From Methanococcus maripaludis (GTDB lineage: Archaea > AGJL01 > Methanococci > Methanococcales > Methanococcaceae), in NCBI RefSeq assembly GCF_002945325.1, contig NZ_CP026606.1, positions 540,001-572,000 of the forward strand: DNA of 32,000 nucleotides. The letters run 5' to 3'. A program made the translations under genes and the position numbers. Shown here one piece after another: positions 28,201 to 32,000 of this stretch (positions are counted from its first letter, which is position 1; every line of letters starts with the position of its first letter). Under the pieces are notes generated by a model. That model was given only the letters and a program-made list of their open reading frames with translations, was not told the origin of the DNA and did no database searches.

Positions 28201-28379
28201 GTTGATCCGTTGAATGCAGTTACTGAATCGATGTAGTCTTCATCTACTGTGAAGTTAAGCACGTCTGATCCATTGTTGAAGTATTCTCCTTCAACTGTGT
28301 TAACTGTGATTACTGGATCTGTTAAATCTACTCTAAAGGTTACGTTTTCACTTGAATTTACGTTTCCTGCTAAGTCAGT
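28201..28379. repeat. Resumption of the intact 525-bp repeat sequence (partial copy)
   Basis: 'gttgatccgttgaatgcagttactgaatcgatgtagtcttcatctactgtg...cctgctaagtcagt' matches 25718 onward before diverging. Confidence 0.85.
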
Positions 28380-29521
28380 TGTAACGATTGTTACGTTGTG
28401 GAATCCTTCAACAAACTCAAAACTTGAATTTCCAAAGAATCCTGAAACGTTTTCTAAAGTAACGTTTATTTCATCATCAATGTTTGCAATAACGGTTACA
28501 GGTGTAAAGTCACTTACTGTAACGTTTAATATGCTTGAATTGTAGTTGTATGGTCCAAATCCGTTGTTAATTACAACGGTAGGGTTTGTTGTGTCAACTG
28601 TTACCGTGATTGGTTCAGTTACGTTTTCGTTTCCTGCCATATCTGTTGCATTTGCTGTTACATTGTAGATTCCATCATTAAGAACCGTTAATGTAACATT
28701 GTAGCTTCCAAATGAACTGTTGATTTTTGAATCAATTAATTCGCCAGTTACTGCATCGATCACTGAAATGTTTGCAATAACTCCAGTCCAAGTGTCGTTT
28801 GCATAAACTGATATTGTTAGATCTTTTGAAGCTGATACATTTGCAGTTCCTATCTCAAATTCGGGGTTTGTAATGTCAACAAATATCATTGTGTTGTTTG
28901 TATTTACGTTTCCTGCTGCATCTGTTGCAGTTATTGTTACCATATTCGGCCCTTCTGAAAACTCGTAAGTGTTGTTTTCGAAGTATCCTGAATCGTTTGT
29001 TAAATTAATTGTATCAATAGGGGGCATAATAGGCAATATAACCGCAGTAACGATTACACTTGTATTATCTATTACTGTAACGTTTAATATGCTTGAATTA
29101 TAGCCATATACTGGTAAAACGTTGTTAAATACAATTTGTGGAGCAGTTGTATCAACTATTACTGTGGTAGTACTTTCTCCAATATTTTCTACATCATCAA
29201 TTGCAGTAACTGTGATGTTGTTTTCCCCCTCTGCAAGTGTTAACCCAAAGAGTAACGTTTCAGAAGTGTTTACTTCACTTGAATTTACAGTAATTCCATT
29301 TACAGTAATGTTACATATTACTGATTCACAGACATTATCGATTATTGTGAAGTTTAACTGAGGATTTGCAATATTAATAATTGAATCATTTACAGGGGTT
29401 TCGATTGAAACTTCTGGAGCAGTCCAATCAACCATGAAATATACTGTTTCAGATGAATTTACATGTCCAAACGAGTCGTTTGCATAAATTTTAACCTCGT
29501 ATTCGCCTTGTGCAAATACAT

Positions 29522-29675
29522 AAGTTGAATTTCCAAAGTATCCATCTGTTTCTGTTAAGGTAATATTTTCTAAAACGCTTCCATTGTCGATTTCAGCAAG
29601 TTGAATTTCCAAAGTATCCATCTGTTTCTGTTAAGGTAATATTTTCTAAAACGCTTCCATTGTCGATTTCAGCAA
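29522..29675. repeat. 76-bp direct tandem duplication inside the giant surface-protein gene
   Basis: 'aagttgaatttccaaagtatccatctgtttctgttaaggtaatattttctaaaacgcttccattgtcgatttcagcaa' occurs at 29522-29599 and 29598-29675 (period 76, 2-bp junction overlap). Confidence 0.93.
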
Positions 29676-30816
29676 TAACTGTATCTAAGTTATCATCGGT
29701 TACTGTAACGTTTAATATGTTTGTACTGTAGTTATAATCCAATTCGGGATTATTAATTGTAACTGTTGGTGCAATTGTGTCAACTACAACAGTAATTGAA
29801 TCATTTGCATTGTTAAATGCATCATCGATTGCAACTACAGTAATTGTGTGTGTGCCGTCCGTAAGATTTAACGTGTAAAGTATCGCGGTTGCATTGTCTG
29901 CAGTGCTGTCGTTTACCGGCGTTCCATCTACATCTATAAAGTAGTTAATTGTGTCACAGAGATTGTCTGCAATTGTGAAGTTTAACTGAGGATTTGAAGC
30001 AGTTATGTTTGCACCATCAATTGGTGTTGAAATTGTAACTGCCGGTGCTGTTGTATCAACAGTCATCATAAATCCGGATAAATTTGTAGCCCATCCGTGA
30101 GCGTCTGTTGCTTCAATAGTTACTGAATGATCTCCTTCAACCAATTCATTCAATGTTACATTAGTTGGAGTGTTATTAATTACAGAACCATTGACATCTG
30201 CAGATCCGTCAACGTAAATGGTGTAGTTTATATTTGAGGATACGTTGTCAATTAAATTAAGTTCAATTGTTGGAGTGGTATCATTTGTAAAATCTGGAAC
30301 AAATGCATCCACAAATGGTGCAATTGTGTCAACTGTAAAAGTTACAGTTTGATTAGTTAACCCCTCTGAGTCATTTACAAATAAAGTAATGTTGTGAACT
30401 CCATCACCAAGACCCACAGACACGGTTTGTGGCTCAGTTGAAGATTCTGTATCGCAAGTAAGCCCGGGTATTTCACCGGTTACATCTACAAAAAATGTAT
30501 AATTCCACGATCCTGCTACATCAATTGTTGAATTGAATGTAAACGTAATAGGATCCGTAGTAACTAGTTCTCCTTCGCCTGGCGAAATAATATTTGCTGC
30601 CGCATAACTTGTCGAAAGAGAACAGCAAAGTATCGCCAGAACTAGAACCATGAAAACCTTGTTCATTTTCATAATTTTTCCCCGATTTTTTTAGTTAATA
30701 ACTTTGTTAGAAATAAAAATACTACTAAGAATATTAGATTTAGTAATATCACCTGAAGGGTTTACTGTTATGTATGTACATTTAAAATATAGGATAATTT
30801 ATTTTTATAAATTACG

Positions 30817-30834
30817 ATTATGATGCATCATAAT
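30817..30834. promoter_or_regulatory. 18-bp perfect palindrome ATTATGATGCATCATAAT next to a TATA-like element, upstream of the surface-protein gene
   Basis: Read directly; followed on the minus strand by TTTATAAA (around 30804-30811). Confidence 0.5.
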
Positions 30835-30923
30835 ATTATAATGGGCCATGGAAAATTAATTTAAAAAAAGAAAATTTTTAAAAAAGTTTTATTTTGATAA
30901 AATCAGCATTAAAAAAGAAAATA

Positions 30924-31493
30924 TTATTTTATGTAGTTTACAACGTCTTTTTTTCGTTCAGGCGCCGGTTTTGCTTTTTCTATCAATTTGTAACCGAATG
31001 CAACCCCGTAGAATGGTTCAAAGTTTTCTGGAATATTTAATTTCTTAACATTTTCAGTTGTAAAATAAGGCCTTACAAGTCCAAGCCAGACTGAACCGAT
31101 ATTCATGCTTTCTGCTGCCAAGAGCATGTTCTGAATTGCCGCAGAACAGTCAACAATCGCTGCATGTGCGTTTTTATTTCCAGAAACTACAATTAAAGTT
31201 GGAGCTTCGTAAAGTATATTATATTTCGGATTACTCATTGCATTTATCAGACTTTCAGGCAGATTTTTCATTGAATCCGGATTTTCTGCAAGCGTTTTTT
31301 TAGATACGATATTTATTTCGTCGAGCAATTCCTTGTTCTGAATTACTGTAAAGTGCCAGGGCTGTTCATTTAGTGCAGTTGGCGCATAAATTGCAGCTTC
31401 GAGTATTGCTTCAATTTCACTGTCCTTTAGTTGCTCTTTTTTGAACTTTCTGACACTTCTCCTGTTTTTTATTGTTTCCATAACTTGATTCAT
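30924..31493 (-). CDS. Nitroreductase family protein
   Basis: 'METIKNRRSVRKFKKEQLKDSEIEAILEAAIYAPTALNEQPWHF', 'NMLLAAESMNIGSVWLG'. Start chosen at ATG 31493, which follows GGTGA on the minus strand. Confidence 0.9.
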   Translation of the reverse strand: MNQVMETIKNRRSVRKFKKEQLKDSEIEAILEAAIYAPTALNEQPWHFTVIQNKELLDEINIVSKKTLAENPDSMKNLPESLINAMSNPKYNILYEAPTLIVVSGNKNAHAAIVDCSAAIQNMLLAAESMNIGSVWLGLVRPYFTTENVKKLNIPENFEPFYGVAFGYKLIEKAKPAPERKKDVVNYIK

Positions 31494-31506
31494 GCTTTCA
31501 CCAAAT

Positions 31507-32000
31507 TTAAAATCCAAGACTCTTTCCTACAACAAGCACAGTCATATCTGTAAGCATTGGTCTTCTTTTAATTACTGAATAAATCCTGCAAGCTCTTGTT
31601 TCTGCATCGCAGTTTACACAATAGCCTGTTTTTATGCACGGGTTTAAAAATCCCAATCTTTTCATGTTTTTTGGAGCTGCTTCCATTCTGATTCTTTCAA
31701 ATGCAGTTTCAACATCTTTACATAATTTATTTAATCCAACAACAATTATTACTTTTTTCGGACCAAACACAATCGCAGAAACCCGATTTCCAACCCCATC
31801 GATATTTACAAGTTCCCCTGAAGCAGTAATTGCATTTGTACTTGAAATAAATATATCAGACGTTAATTGCTGTCTCATGATATCCATTTTTTCTTCCTGC
31901 GTAAGGCTCGCATCATTGTGGTCCAAAATTACCGCACCTTTTTCCCTTGCTTGCTCTGCAATATTTAATGATTGTACTGTAACTGAACCTCCAAAACCAA
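31507..32000 (-). CDS. LUD-domain (DUF162 / lactate-utilisation-like) protein, 5' end beyond window
   Basis: 'DIFISSTNAITASGELVNIDGVGNRVSAIVFGPKKVIIVVGLNKLCKDVETAFERIRMEAAPKN...CRIYSVIKRRP'; frame stays open upstream to base 32000 (GFGGSVTVQSLNIAEQAREKGAVILDHND...). Confidence 0.85.
   Translation of the reverse strand, partial: GFGGSVTVQSLNIAEQAREKGAVILDHNDASLTQEEKMDIMRQQLTSDIFISSTNAITASGELVNIDGVGNRVSAIVFGPKKVIIVVGLNKLCKDVETAFERIRMEAAPKNMKRLGFLNPCIKTGYCVNCDAETRACRIYSVIKRRPMLTDMTVLVVGKSLGF

Larger units (their letters stand above)
24292..30672 (-). pseudogene. Giant Ig-like-repeat surface protein with signal peptide and S-layer-like C-terminal domain; present here as three frame-disrupted pieces (30672..29593, 29621..28167, 25779..24292)
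   Basis: Signal peptide MKMNKVFMVLVLAILCCSLSTSYAAA, many Ig-like modules ending 'TVDTxxPxVTI', and C-terminus '...YIAGSDRYGTQAALEYFKTLDELPSEPITVKWTANGPVLVE'. The frame is broken by a 76-bp duplication and by the degenerate block 26.09-28.20 kb. The disruption may be an assembly effect. Confidence 0.75.

Noticed and set aside
26060-28236. Plus-strand ORFs of 90-210 aa made mostly of Leu/Val/Cys/Phe/Tyr (e.g. 26091..26636, 27202..27822)
   Set aside because: They are translations of (TTG/TTA)n low-complexity sequence in several overlapping frames, with no start or RBS context and no protein-like composition.
25241-28545. Three identical-start 97/98-aa plus-strand ORFs (25241, 25766, 28249) 'MKLSTSDPLLKYSPSTVLTVITGS...'
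   Set aside because: They are exact antisense readings of the Ig-like repeat units of the minus-strand gene, so their repetition reflects the underlying repeat, not a gene family.

Overview
AT-rich archaeal chromosomal segment, most likely Methanococcus (M. maripaludis-like) judging from gene content: CfbD, RfcS, Rpp30, RpoE'/Spt4, S24e/S27ae and GGTGA-type ribosome-binding sites. Left to right it carries: the 3' end of a tyrosine recombinase; a substrate-binding lipoprotein gene broken by an in-frame TAG; a site-2-protease/CBS gene; a cluster of three dinitrogenase-cofactor (NifX/NifB-like) proteins with two MinD/ferredoxin ATPases, resembling the bacterial ORP systems; a ribosomal/transcription operon; pyrD; a three-gene amidoligase-type cluster (RimK-N-terminal-like protein, ATP-grasp, GCS2-like); DUF378, flavodoxin and TatD-like genes; a beta-CASP nuclease; a 1121-aa beta-helix surface protein; rnp3; DUF211; cfbD; rfcS; a giant Ig-like repeat surface protein; and nitroreductase and LUD-domain genes. 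The strongest anomaly is 26.09-28.20 kb. There the 525-bp tandem repeats of the giant surface gene dissolve into (TTG/TTA)n-like low complexity, with colinear islands of the repeat surviving. I judge this more likely an unpolished long-read or assembly artefact than biology. A separate 76-bp tandem duplication breaks the same gene near its 5' end. The best candidates for under-described biology are the amidoligase cluster (11.25-13.9 kb) and the MinD/DiNase cluster (3.5-6.9 kb), which has possible shared promoter motifs. No tRNA, rRNA or CRISPR array was recognised.
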